Shown here piece by piece: positions 37,381-49,400 of a stretch of 64,000 nucleotides of DNA. The position numbers and the translations under genes are program-made. The notes under the pieces were generated by a model. It had not been told where the DNA came from. It was given only the letters and a program-made list of their open reading frames with translations, and searched no databases. Position 1 is the first letter of the stretch. Each line of letters opens with the position of its first letter. This stretch comes from Cyanophora paradoxa CCMP329. Its lineage: Eukaryota > Plantae > Glaucophyta. Location: NCBI GenBank assembly GCA_004431415.1, contig QPMI01000495.1, positions 188,147 to 252,146 on the forward strand. Direction: 5' to 3'.

Positions 37381-37556
37381 TTATCGATACCGTTCATATC
37401 AACAAGATCACCGTAATAATCGCAAAACTCTACGGTTAACTCATTAATCACTAAATTACGATCGTTTATTTTTATGTATTCTCCATGCTCTCCGCTATGG
37501 TATACATACTTTCCGATGTCCTGACTTAATTGTAAACGCAATATTGCGCCTTGAGT
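37381..37556 (-). pseudogene. Upstream part of the same penton/minor capsid gene, interrupted by YR element 1
   Basis: AILRLQLSQDIGKYVYHSGEHGEYIKINDRNLVINELTVEFCDYYGDLVDMNGIDN, then A1. Bases 37381-37464 are identical to 34565-34648. Confidence 0.72.
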
Positions 37557-38368
37557 CAGTGTGACACACTAGTACTGCAGCTGACAGACTAGTGACACAC
37601 TGACAGTACACATGCTCTGTACTTCTACTAAGTAGTAAGTACTAGTACGGTAGTAGTTGTACCGCCGCTACCGCGGTCCGCCGGCGCCACCGTCCGCGGG
37701 CCGGGGAGTCCGGCGGGGACCGGGCCGGGGTAACTCACTAAGTTAGCTAAGTTAGCTTCCGCCTAATATAAGCAGCCTAATTTTAAAGCACGGCCTTTTT
37801 AACTTCACATTACTAAGTTACCGTTAGTGCGCATTCTCTCGAGTTTTTTAGAAATGGTTTTTCGGTTTTTCTGACTCTTTCGAGTTGGAGTTTGCTCTAC
37901 AATTGCTTGGAGTCTTTGACAGCAATCCCGGAGCTAACTTGGAGTTTGATAGACAAACCATTCGCAAGTAAGAATCGCAACAACTTGCAGTTGGATGAAC
38001 TTGGATCGACCCCTTTCGAATTCCGAAGTTTGTAAGTTGATGCAATGATAGCTTATAATCGTTGAACGTTTAAGGTGGAGCGCCAAGTTCTTTTTGGCAA
38101 GTTGCCAGTGGGAGGAACTTGGAGAAGTTGGAGGCAACTTCATCGATATCAGGCAAGTTGGACTCTCAGAGTCTGTTGCCAGACTGTTGGATGCTTCATG
38201 ATCAGCTTTAAGGTTATAATTAACTTGGAGCACATCATGGCATGGGCCATGGCCAATATTGGAGCAAGCCTTGTCATGATCATTGATGCCTTGAACTTCC
38301 AAACTTGGAGGATATCGATGGAGGCCGAAATCCGGATCCCGAAGTCCGGATCATCGACCGGATACCGT

Positions 38369-38599
38369 ATAGTTGTTATACGAGGAACGTAGTATAACGT
38401 ACTTCGGACAGCGTGAATAATGTATATTGTTACATAAATTTCGCACTCTTTGTTGCTTCGCAACAAGTACTTCTTGGGTACTTGTTGCACCTGCAACAAG
38501 TCCTACGAGCTTCCTAAGAGCTGCAGCAGTGAGCTATCGCTGCAGCTGCTGCAGCTTCTCTTCAGAGTTGCTTGATAGCAGCTTCGCTTCTTGCTCCCA
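38369..38599 (+). repeat. Terminal direct repeat A1 of YR element 2
   Basis: Matches 60880-61110 except for two 1-bp indels. Ends at the A of the gag ATG. Confidence 0.95.
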
Positions 38600-39660
38600 T
38601 GGCAGCCCTAGCGCGCCCCCGCGGGCGCCTCCAGCTCTCCCGTTTCGTCCTAATTGTGTGTCTCCTTGCGCTCCTCGTTTGCCCGGTCGCAAATGGCGCC
38701 CGGGGTGCGAAGAGAGCCAAAACCGCGACTCCCTCTCCCAATCCGCCCGATCCGACTGTGGCGCCCTCTGCTGGCCCCAGTAGCCCACCCCCTGTTCCTC
38801 CAACGCCCACCCCTGAGGCGCCGGCCCCGGAGCCCGGCCCGCCAGTTATCACTCCTTCAGGCTCGAATATTTGCATCGGAACGCATGGCCCAACAGTGCC
38901 AACCCCATCCCAGCAGATTGCAGACCAAACCGTAGAGGCGTTCAATCAGCGTTTCGCAGCCATTGAACATTACCTCGGCGAAGTGATTGCAGCTCGTACC
39001 ATAGGTACTGCCACCGCCAATCCAGCCCCGATTCCAACTCCGCCCATTTCGTCGGTCCCACTTGTCGATTTGACATCGAACAATGGCGGTGAAGGATCAT
39101 CTTCGGGCAACACTGCGCGTGAGCGTGCTGCACGTACACGTGAGCCCCTTACTGAGCGCGAACGCCAACGTTTCCACTATAATATTACCCGTTGGAATAA
39201 CCCTCTAAACAAAGAATTTGCTTTGGACACTCTCGATAATATAGCGTTAGCCGAGGCCCGTGATTATTCTGCTCTTTATATCGCACTTAGAGACCAACTC
39301 AAAAAGATCCAACGCATCAATCAGCTAGGCCTTGATCGTGCTCTTAGACTGCAAAATGTAAACCAGGCTACTGATGATTTTCAGGAGCGCCAACTTTTGT
39401 TAACTGAACAAATGTATCAGCAGCAGTTGCAGCAGTTTACGCAGAATACTGTCACAGGCATGCCGTATGGTCGCTCACAGAATTTCGCTGCTCGCCCTCC
39501 CGGCCCTCGTCTGGCGGCCTCTGGCCCTACTCGCCCACGGGCTTGCTATCATTGTCACGATCCATCCCATATGCGTAATGTCTGTCCTGCTTTCCGTGCA
39601 GCTTGCCAGAACTGCCCTCCTGGCACTCGCCCGACTCCTCTGCCGACTCCAAACTCGTAA
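38599..39660 (+). CDS. Gag-like protein of YR element 2 (signal-peptide-like N-terminus)
   Basis: MAALARPRGRLQLSRFVLIVCLLALLVCPVANGA...; Pro-rich linker; WNNPLNKEFALDTL...LRDQLKKIQRINQLG; knuckle CYHCHDPSHMRNVC. Intact ORF. Confidence 0.85.
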   Translation: MAALARPRGRLQLSRFVLIVCLLALLVCPVANGARGAKRAKTATPSPNPPDPTVAPSAGPSSPPPVPPTPTPEAPAPEPGPPVITPSGSNICIGTHGPTVPTPSQQIADQTVEAFNQRFAAIEHYLGEVIAARTIGTATANPAPIPTPPISSVPLVDLTSNNGGEGSSSGNTARERAARTREPLTERERQRFHYNITRWNNPLNKEFALDTLDNIALAEARDYSALYIALRDQLKKIQRINQLGLDRALRLQNVNQATDDFQERQLLLTEQMYQQQLQQFTQNTVTGMPYGRSQNFAARPPGPRLAASGPTRPRACYHCHDPSHMRNVCPAFRAACQNCPPGTRPTPLPTPNS

Positions 39661-39908
39661 ATTTATTTCTTTTCACATCGATCCATCAGAATATCGATAT
39701 TCATGAGTTTTTCGCTACTTATGTACGAGCAGTGTTTTGACGCATGAGGGCATATCTTGATAGCAGAACCTGTGAACGTACTTGTGTTTTCTTGTGAGTA
39801 ATTGATGATGGATTCGAAAATCGCTGCAATTTCTTGATGCCCCAAAATCGCCACTGGCGTGCATATGCATGGATGCAATTCGCGAAATCGCCTTTTTATG
39901 GCGTACAT

Positions 39909-40209
39909 TGTTGCCACTGTAGTTTAGCTTGCATTCAGGCCTTCGAGCCACTCTGTAGTATAGTGCTAGTGCGCGGGCTGAGGCTGTAGCACTTCTCAAT
40001 AGCTCATAGACTTGCCGGTACCTCCGCAGTACCTAGGACTCCTCCGGCGTTGCCGGTTCGTAGACAGATTCTGTACCCCCCCCTACGTTGTTCGATACCC
40101 CCTCAGTCCTGTAAGAAGCCCAGCTGCGACCCGTTCGTGCTACGCCTGCGCGCCTGCTGCCTAGGCATGGGGCTGGGATCACATTGGGACACTAACTAAG
40201 CCTATTTGA
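39909..40209 (+). repeat. 5' LTR (301 bp)
   Basis: TGTTGCCACTG...AAGCCTATTTGA. Differs from the 3' LTR only by five 1-bp homopolymer indels. Confidence 0.95.
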
Positions 40210-40841
40210 CCCTCGCCGGGACGATCGCTGGCCTGACGGCGGTTCGACAACGACCCGCCGCCACCTGGCGTGAACCCGCGGGAGGAGAGTGCGTCATCCT
40301 CGACGGACGTGCTAGACTACACGACCGCGTGCCCGCTGGACGCGCCGACCGGCCGGAGCACGACCTAACTGACGGAGCTGACTTCCTTGTCCCTTCGCCA
40401 AACTTGTCGCGCGGCGTGCCTTGCTCTACGCAGGACACGTGCGGGAACGAACACTCGCTGCAGGCAGTGACCCGTGTCTTGCGGCTCGCTGCCCCAGTGC
40501 AGGAGAGAGTGAGGCGAAATCACTCGACCTTTACGTGTAGCGACCCGTGACTTGCGGCTCGTTACGCCTAAAGGGCAACGTGTATCGGTGCGCGATCTGC
40601 ACTGCACGTTGCTGTCGCTGTCGTGTCGTACTCTCGTCGCGATCGTCGTGCTCGTGCACGCGCGCTGAGAGCTCCGCAGCTGTTGACAACACTGTCAGCA
40701 GCTCGGCCAACGACACGCAGTGACTGCTCGACTGCCCTCGCCCTCGTAGTCGGCCACACGGCGGCCGCGATCGCGACGCAGTACGTTACGGACACACCGG
40801 CATACGCCGCGTACGTGACACGCAGGACGTAAACGAGCAAC

Positions 40842-41500
40842 CTGTACGGATCGCACCCGCTCACGTAGCGGCTGAAATCTGTACGTCGATCTTCAGAGCA
40901 CCCCGCTCAGAAGGTCACCGTCAACCCCGTCGTCAACTTGTACGGATCGCACCCGCTCACGTAGCGGCTGAAATCTGTACGTCGATCTTCAGAGCACCCC
41001 GCTCAGAAGATCACCGTCAACCCCGTCGTCAACTTGTACGGATCGCACCCGCTCACGTAGCGGCTGAAATCTGTACGTCGATCTTCCGAGCACCCCGCTC
41101 AGAAGGCCACCGTCAACCCCCTCGTCAACTTGTACGGATCGCACCCGCTCACGTAGCGGCTGAGATCTGTGCGTCGTCGATCTTCAGAGCACCTCAGCTC
41201 AGAAGATCATCAACCCCGTCATCTATTTTTACAGATCACACCCGCTCACGTAGCGGCTGAGATCTGTGCGTCGTCGATCTTCAGAGCACCTCAGCTCAGA
41301 AGATCATCCACCCCGTCATCTATTTTTACAGATCACACCCGCTCACGTAGCGGCTGAGATCTGTGCGTCGTCGATCTTCAGAGCACCCCGCTCAGAAGAT
41401 CATCCTCGACTTCGTCGCCGGTCTACGGAGCACCTCAGCTCTCAGGACCATCACCACCGTACATCTTACTTCAGATCACACCCGCTCACGCAGCGGCTGC
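40842..41500 (+). repeat. Tandem array of about 96-98-bp units in the Gypsy 5' leader (about 7 copies)
   Basis: TGTACGGATCGCACCCGCTCACGTAGCGGCTGA at 40843, 40939, 41035 and 41131, with variants near 41231, 41328 and 41472. Confidence 0.9.
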
Positions 41501-41551
41501 ACTCCGTTCACCGACGGTCTTCGAAATCACTCAGAGACCATCAACGTCAAC

Positions 41552-43450
41552 ATGAACCGCGACGAGCACGGCGGCTCCCGCATCCGGAACCCGGTGCCGA
41601 CGCACGCGTACGGCGACTCGGCTGAGATTGCGGCGACCAACCGTGCGGAGTCCTCGCAGCTACGCGGCGGAGTCGACGCAGAGCCCCCGACGCGCGTGAA
41701 GATTGCGGAGGGGCTCATCGCCACCAGCCCCGGCCAGCCCCTCAAACCTGAGGGCGTCATTACTCATATCAACGACGGCCGCGCCATTGCTGCATCGGAC
41801 CCCAAGAAGTACTCGACCGAGAACGACGGCTCTCAGAAGAGCCTCGCCCTCCTCCTTGTTCTACTGCAAGCCCTGTCGGCAGGCCTCAGGTCCATCGTAT
41901 CGACCCTTGTGCAAGGCACCGCTGTCAAGGTCAACGCCAAGGAGGCGGCCGACGAGAGATGCCAGGAGCTCGGCAAGCGCATCTTGGCCATGAGCAAGAC
42001 GGAGAGGCAGAGCTTCAACGGGCAGCGGTTACTGGAACGCCTTAAGAAGGCCAACGCCGAACTTGAGAGCGCTGAAGCCGCGCTCGATCAACCCGGCACG
42101 ATCAAGGGCCTCCCCTCATACATGCGATTCCTCATCAGCAAGATTAGCCCCGAGGAGAGTGAGGCCTTGGACACGCGCCTCAAGTCACCTTACGACGGCA
42201 GTCCTTTACCCGACGCGCTGAAGGCCGTACACGACTTACTCCCATCCTCGACCCTCCTCCCAGACGGACAGAAGATGAAGCCCATCGACATTGTGAAGAC
42301 GCTGGAGAGCCAGATCAACCGACGCGCTGGGCACAGTGGGGGATCTTACACCAACATGAACACCCAGGAGGGTCACAACCGGTACCGTAACTTCCTGAAC
42401 GCCCGCGACAAGATACCTGAATTGAAGCGGATCGCCCTCGAACACGAACCCGAGGACGACGCTTCAGCAGACTTCAGGGAAATGAAGCTTGCTTCTTTCA
42501 TGACCGACGCCTTCGCCGCTATACCACCTGGCCTCTTCGTCGAGGTCCGCTCGGCATCGACTGGGGAGGCTAAGTCTTCCAAGAAGATCTCTCGAGTCGA
42601 GCGGGAACAGCGCCGGGAACAACGACGGGAGCAACGTGCACGACGGCAATCGCAGAGCTCAGACGACTCTGACGGCTCTGACTCCAGCTCGGGACATTCG
42701 AAGCGTAGGAAGAGTTCAAGCCGGGCACCCCTCGGGGCGTCCGCGGTTTACACTCATCCAAGCTCCGGACAACCGAACCCGAACTCGGCATACACGGCAG
42801 CTATACCTGCACCGGCCAACGACAAGAAGCAGACGGGGAAACCCAATTACAATTACCGCGCGTTGAGAAGATTACTGCAATTAAACAACGGGAAGGTTAC
42901 CACCGAGCAGAGAAGCCTAAACACCGCGGTACCAACCACGACTTCTACTGCTGGCGGTGCCCTGACAATTTACCGCCGGCCGAACGCCACCATTACGCTG
43001 ACGATTACCTGGAATGCCCACGGCATGACTACCGGTATAAGCTACTGGAGATGATCCAGAGCGGCGACAACAACCCAATTGTACGAATGGCGGCAGAAAC
43101 CTGCAAGATTCCCACTGGCTCAAACGGACAGACGGCGCCGACGCAGCCCACGCAAAATGCAGCGGCTAACCCGACGTCGAACCTCCAATGCTTTAACTGT
43201 CAAGGTTACGGACATCGCCAATCGGAATGCACTCAACCCAAGAAGTGCCGACTTTGTAACTCAACTGAACACCTCCAAGCAAACTGCCCCCGGAACGGCA
43301 ACCGTGACGGCGGTGGCGGCGCAGGAGGCGGTAATAAGGACACCTACCCCTGGGGTCGCGGTGACCGTGGTGGCCGCGGTGGACGAGGTGGCGGACGAGG
43401 CGGCGGACGAGGCGGCGGTCGCGGCGGTGGTGGAGGACCTTCATCGCGCC
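41552..43450 (+). CDS. Gypsy Gag (frameshifted) with two CCHC zinc knuckles and an RGG box
   Basis: ATG at 41552. CFNCQGYGHRQSEC and CRLCNSTEHLQANC at about 43189-43290, followed by RGGRGGRGG. Confidence 0.8.
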
Positions 43451-46400
43451 CCCCCTCGGCATCACTGCCAATGACAATCCTACAACGACGACGGACGCAC
43501 CAAAGACCCCGGCCACGACGCCGGCGCCTACGTGCCCGTCTGACACCACTACGCCCCTCACAACAGGTGTACCACAGACCCCGGCCACGACGCCGGCGCC
43601 CGTGGGCCCACCTGGAACTACGGCTTCATTACACACGCCGACAGTGCCAACCACTGCAACGCAGGCCCCGGCCACGATGCCGGCGCCGACGAACCCAGTG
43701 GAGACACCAGTCTTGCAAACTGTGCCGGTACACGTCGCACAGCCAGTTCCAATGGGAGAAGTGCCAGCCCCGACCACGACGTCGGCGCCAGCACCTACCT
43801 CCACGCCTACGGAACAGCAAATCGCAGAACTGGTGCAAGAAGCTAGAACGCGGGCTACTAAACCACACTTCCAGCCCAGACCTGTTAACGTAACACAAGC
43901 TCTATACGACTTGCAGCGAGAAGAAGTACGAGTGTCGGCAGTGACATCGACCGTCCTCGACAAGGTCAACAGAGCACTGGCTAAAATGGCCAACCTTGGA
44001 GCGCGAGCTGCCACCCCAACCCGCCCCAAGAGCAACAAGTATACAACCAAATTTGGCTTCATTCGGGAACGTATCTCTGCAATTACACAAGCCGCGGCAA
44101 TCCCAGTACGGCGGATCGAAGTCGACAAGAACGCGACAAAGACCTGCTGGAACACGGACACGTGCGCTGAACACCTCCAAGGGCCTCTGGTAAAGACGCT
44201 GCAGGACGTTACGGCGCGGGCCGCCAACCTCGGTCTCGAGATCGCGGCAACGAAGGCGGCACTTACCAGCAAAGGGGGCAAGACCACAAACGTCTCGACG
44301 GCAAAGGCTCATGACGGCCAGCCACCCGTTGCCTCGACGGCGCAGAAGCCGGTAGTGGAGCACGCAACACCGGTCATCTCGCCTACGGTGAACCAGATCG
44401 TGGAGCCGGCCGAATGTATCGCTGAGTACGTAGGGCCGCTCACGACGTACCTACGAGAAGTACTGGGCTACATGCACAGACGACGCCTCGCAAACCCCGT
44501 CTACTTTCGCGAAGTGCCCGGAAGTGCATGGTTCACACATGGCTTCCCTGGCTGCGACTTCCGACAGGCGTTCATCGACGCTGTCCTCTATTGCCCCCAA
44601 CTGAAGCACATTACCATACTCTTCGGACACAAGGGTGCGGGACTGTGTGCGACAGCAGCGGGTGCAAGAGAGCAGGCACTGCAGAACGGCAGTACCGACG
44701 TCGATGACGTAACGATGCTTCATCGGTACCCTATCCCTCACGAACATGTACGGCCCATCTTTCACCACGCTCTTGACTACAACGTCAACAAATTAGCTGC
44801 ACCTCAACGCCAACACCACCCGTTAGCGGAAACGGCTGGGGAGAGCGACCTTTCCACATTCCCAGACGTGGTTCAGTACGAGCCTCACGGTGACGTTGGC
44901 GGCGAGACAACTTTCATTCACGAGTGCTGTGACCGGTGCAAGCCGATAACAATCCAGCAGTCGGCAGCCGGAGCACTGGAACCGCGCGAGATTCACGGTC
45001 AGAGTCGGCAGCCTTCGAACGGACCGGCGGACCGTGCACTCCACTTGCATCTCACGACGCTTGTGGATTCACTTCGCAGCTTGGGCCAGGCCCACCCAGC
45101 CAACGCAGCCGCGGGCCGACCTCAGTACATCACACTACTTAAACGCACGGCAGTGCAAGCATTCTGGAACGGCAACCCAGTTGCGGGAACTGACATGGAT
45201 CGACCTTGCGTACCGGACGCTCGACCCCTCAGTGGTGACCGTGATCACGAACACTGGGATACGTTAGCTGAACATCCAGTCCAGCAACCCCCAGACTTGA
45301 CAGATCGACTTAATTTGACGACAGCTATCCGGGCTACAATCCTCAGGCGCACAACCTCCGCTGACCTCATACTGCTCAATGAGTGGGCGAAGCGGACGGC
45401 CAATGCAATCAACACTGGTGCATGGCAGCAGGCCGTGAATTGGACACGGCGGGACCGACCATCCGACAACTACAACTTGGAACGAACACTTGCCCCGGCC
45501 ACGGCCGGCGCAGTACCAGTTCCTACGACACGAGATATTACACCCGCCCCGGCCACGGCCGGCGCGATCACCGTCCCTACTGCGCGAGACTCAGTACCTG
45601 CCCCGACCACGGCCGGCGCAGTACATGTCCCGCCTCCACCACACTCGACACCCACACCAGCAATAGCTGACGGGGTAGCCCAGCCTCCTCCGACATCACT
45701 TGAAATGCCATTGGACCGCGGTACCCAATGGACTTCAGAACAAGTATCACTGATACGAGGATGGGCCGAATCAGTACATAATCGCACACGGCGAGAAAAC
45801 GTTGATCTTTGGGAACTCTACAACTGCAGCCCAACGGCGGCACTCACATGGATCGTCACCATGATGCCCCCACGACGTACCCCACGATAGCTCAAGCAGT
45901 TCTTGACGCTTATCTGGAAACGTACCCACGGAACTCGCTCGTGCCAGAGCCGACGAACTCCTCTGTCAAATGGATGCTCGCAACTCGGAACCGGAGTCGC
46001 AACGCGAAACCTTCCATGAGCTACATGCGAAGCCAAGCTAAATGCCTGACCACGGACGCTGTCAGCATCCTGCGGCAGCGATTCCGGGCCGGAAGCAATG
46101 GTGACTATAACATGTTTGGAGGCGATAGCTTCTTTACCAAACAGACGGTGAACAGCGTCTTTGTGAGCCCTGGCGCCCAGCAAATCTACATCCGCTGCGA
46201 GGCGGTTGGCTTTCCCGGACCATGCCCGGCAACGCCAGTCGCCCGAACGGCGCCATCACAAGGGCACGCAGCCACATGTCACCACCACTGCCAACAGCTG
46301 AACATGTTATTTTACCGACGGCACCTTTACAACCCCGACGGACAGTTCACCAGCACTCGCGTCGAGATGACTATGAACTGTGGGACGTGTGGCAAGTACC

Positions 46401-49400
46401 CACTCGTGTCTTATTGCAACTACCCAGACGCCGAGGTGACAGGCTTGTACCCCCATCCGACGCCTGTGGGCCCGGACGGCCCCTTGGACCGGAGAGTAAC
46501 AACTCGAGCCGAGGAGACGTTCAATGCAATCATCATGGAAGCGCTCGCTTGGTGGCCCAAGAGCCAGCTCGCCTGCAAGCATGGCTATGCCAATGTTTAC
46601 GACCGCTTCATCAACCTTAACATGGAGCCGTTCGACGTACGTGCGTACAGAGTCCACGCCAACACAGAATGGTCCAGCACGCGACCCAACCAGCGGTTCA
46701 ACTACGGGACCCTACGCACGGCAACTCGAACTCCAACCAGGACCGGGACACGCGCAGCGCACCCCCGACACCGGCTCACGGCCCATTGGTCAGCCTCACG
46801 ACGCAACCACAGCAGCACTGGCCTGAGGAAGCTCGCAATCCCCCGCGGCTGTTGAAGCCAACGACGGTCATCTCGTACCAGTCTCACGAGGCCGGAGTGG
46901 TAGACAGCCGTGGCTGCACCATTCCTTACTTCGGCATCGGCGAGCACGGATCCGCCTACGAGTATTTCAATCCAATCCGAGTCACAGCCATCTTGCGCCG
47001 AATTTACGACCCGGACGAGCAGCGGAAGTATAAGGAAGCCATGAAGATCATCCCTGAGTCATATGACTTCATTGCAGCCCAGCTGGAGACCAGTACAACC
47101 TGGCCCCCCTCATGGACATACCCGACTGACGACGACAAGCGTAACTTTATCGATCTTATGTACGAGCGGGAACGACGCCCGAGCCGAGCGCCTCAACGAC
47201 CAGCTGGAACCAAACCCCGAACGGCGCCTGGATCCGTGGATCTGACGGCGAGCGTGAACACGGCGTACGACGCCGATTACGCCTTGGGTGAGGGCAAAGG
47301 TCCTTACATGGCGGCGGCGCTTACTGGTTACGCTCGAGCACGGGGACGCGAAGCGAACAGGACCGCCTCGAGCGCTACGCGGAAATACAAGCCACGACAA
47401 GTCCGGGTACAGACCATCGCGAACAAGATGGAAGATACACCACCGACGTCGTCATCTGAGACCCCGGAACGGACACCTTCACCCCCGTTCAGGGCGACCT
47501 CGGCCGACCCCCAAGCCCCAACTCTGGACGATCCCGGGAGTGGTGTCCTCAGCCCCAGCGACAGCGTGGCCCTTGGTTATGGCACTACGAATCCCTCCAG
47601 TCTCATTACCGTCGCCCCGGCCACGGCCGGCGCGCCGCAAACTGAGACGAATGCTACCAACGTAACAATCAACCCGAGCCCTGCATCTCCGACCCTTACG
47701 ACGCCCCTGGAAGCCGCCCCGGCCACGGCTGGCGTGGCTCAACCCGGCGTTATAGCTTCAGAGCAAGCGACTCCGGACATGACCATAACTGTCAGGGAGC
47801 AGACTTTGACACTGCCAACTGACAACGAATCGACCACGACCCCCGCAACTACCGCCCCGGCCACGGCCGGCGAGGTAGACAGGTCGAACGTTGAGCCCAC
47901 GGACACGCCCAGCATGACAAACCCCGCCGATCACAGCCCTACGGCAAGGCCGGATGACTTCATCGTTGAGTCCGAAAGCCCTCCAGGACCCGACTGGATT
48001 GAATGCCCAGGGGATTGCCGTCCCCGACTGTGGGCTCGCCCACACTCGCGCGCGTGGATATATGCACGTGAATACTGGCGATCCTGGAACGAGGAGGAGC
48101 CAACGGCAGAGGAAGATGGCTCGGGACCAATTCACATTTCCCGGACTTACCCTACTGTCACTGAGGATCCCCAGCGTTACATCCAAGTCGGCGACATTCC
48201 CGTCCCGATTCCGGAACCTGAACCGCCACTTCCAGTCCCGCCGGAGACCGGCGCAATCGTGAGAACCACACACTTGGGCGAGGTCACTGCTGCAGTTTCA
48301 CAGCGCCTCGGAGACTGTGGGGTCATACCAAGCACAATGCCCGGCTACGCAGAGGCAGCGGCTGCGGTCGACAATCCCAACCTGTTTGCAACCTATCGCA
48401 AGTACACGCCATGGAATGCAAGTACGGACCCGTCCAAGACCGGCCTCTACCTCACAAACATTTCCACGCTGCCTGACGGACTCACGGAGCTGAACCCGGC
48501 TAACCGGCACGTCCTCGACAGACTCGTCACGTACGTCGATGTCGAGGAGCAATCAGCGATTTTGCTCAAACATACCGCCCATCTCCGCGCTGTCGCTTAT
48601 GCGATCATGAGAATTGCGGGCACAGCCGACACTACGGATAGCTTGGAAGAGACGCTGCGTCACGCATCTGTCCTCGAGCTGCTGGGCCTTGATGCACAAC
48701 AAGCAATAACCCTGACGACTTCACGGCAAGGAATATTGCCTTGGCTCTTCGACGTCATGATCTCGTACGGCCGAAGCATGCGGGCACAATTCCCTACTTA
48801 CTTCGAACCGCACGGGGACTACTATGCGCCTTTCCCCACTCTCGCCGACGCGCTGACGGTCCGCATGACGGCACTGGAACGCTTAATCCTCGAGTCGCAC
48901 CTGCCGCCGCCCTTCGACGACGAATTCGCGCCTTACCCCACGGCGACACCTCCAGCGCTCGATCGAGACATCGCCCTCGAGATGCGGGTGACAGCCCTGG
49001 CCAACGCAATTCACATTGCAGCGGCTGGAGCACGCATCTACTTCCACTCGAAGCCTCGGGAGTTGGAACGGCATCACTCATGGCGCAGCCCTTGGCTTCG
49101 CTGTTCGGATCCGTTCTCGGCAAAGCCAAATAGGCTGCTGTGGCCGACAAGCCCAGACTTCTACTTCACAATGGGAGTCGAAATGGTGGAGTACATCACG
49201 CGCGTGCTCAACCTGCCCTTCGGAGGCCACTTCGCGAATAGCCCCAACAGCTGGCTGGCTACCGTCGACCGGTACCTTGACCGGACACAGACGCCCCCGG
49301 AACAGGGGACCTTGGACGTTCCACGGAAGCCCTTCGAGCTCCACGGTGTATTACTCGACGAGTACAAACTAGCGGTGATTGAATGTAACGAGCGACGCCT

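Noticed and set aside
37620-37660. AGTAGT runs resembling Polinton termini
   Set aside because: Low complexity, with no matching inverted terminus or 6-bp TSD in the window.
39655-39662. Splice donor overlapping the gag stop (TC|GTAA; AA|GTAG in element 1) joining directly to pol
   Set aside because: This donor is phase 2 while the candidate pol acceptor needs phase 1, so the direct join is out of frame.
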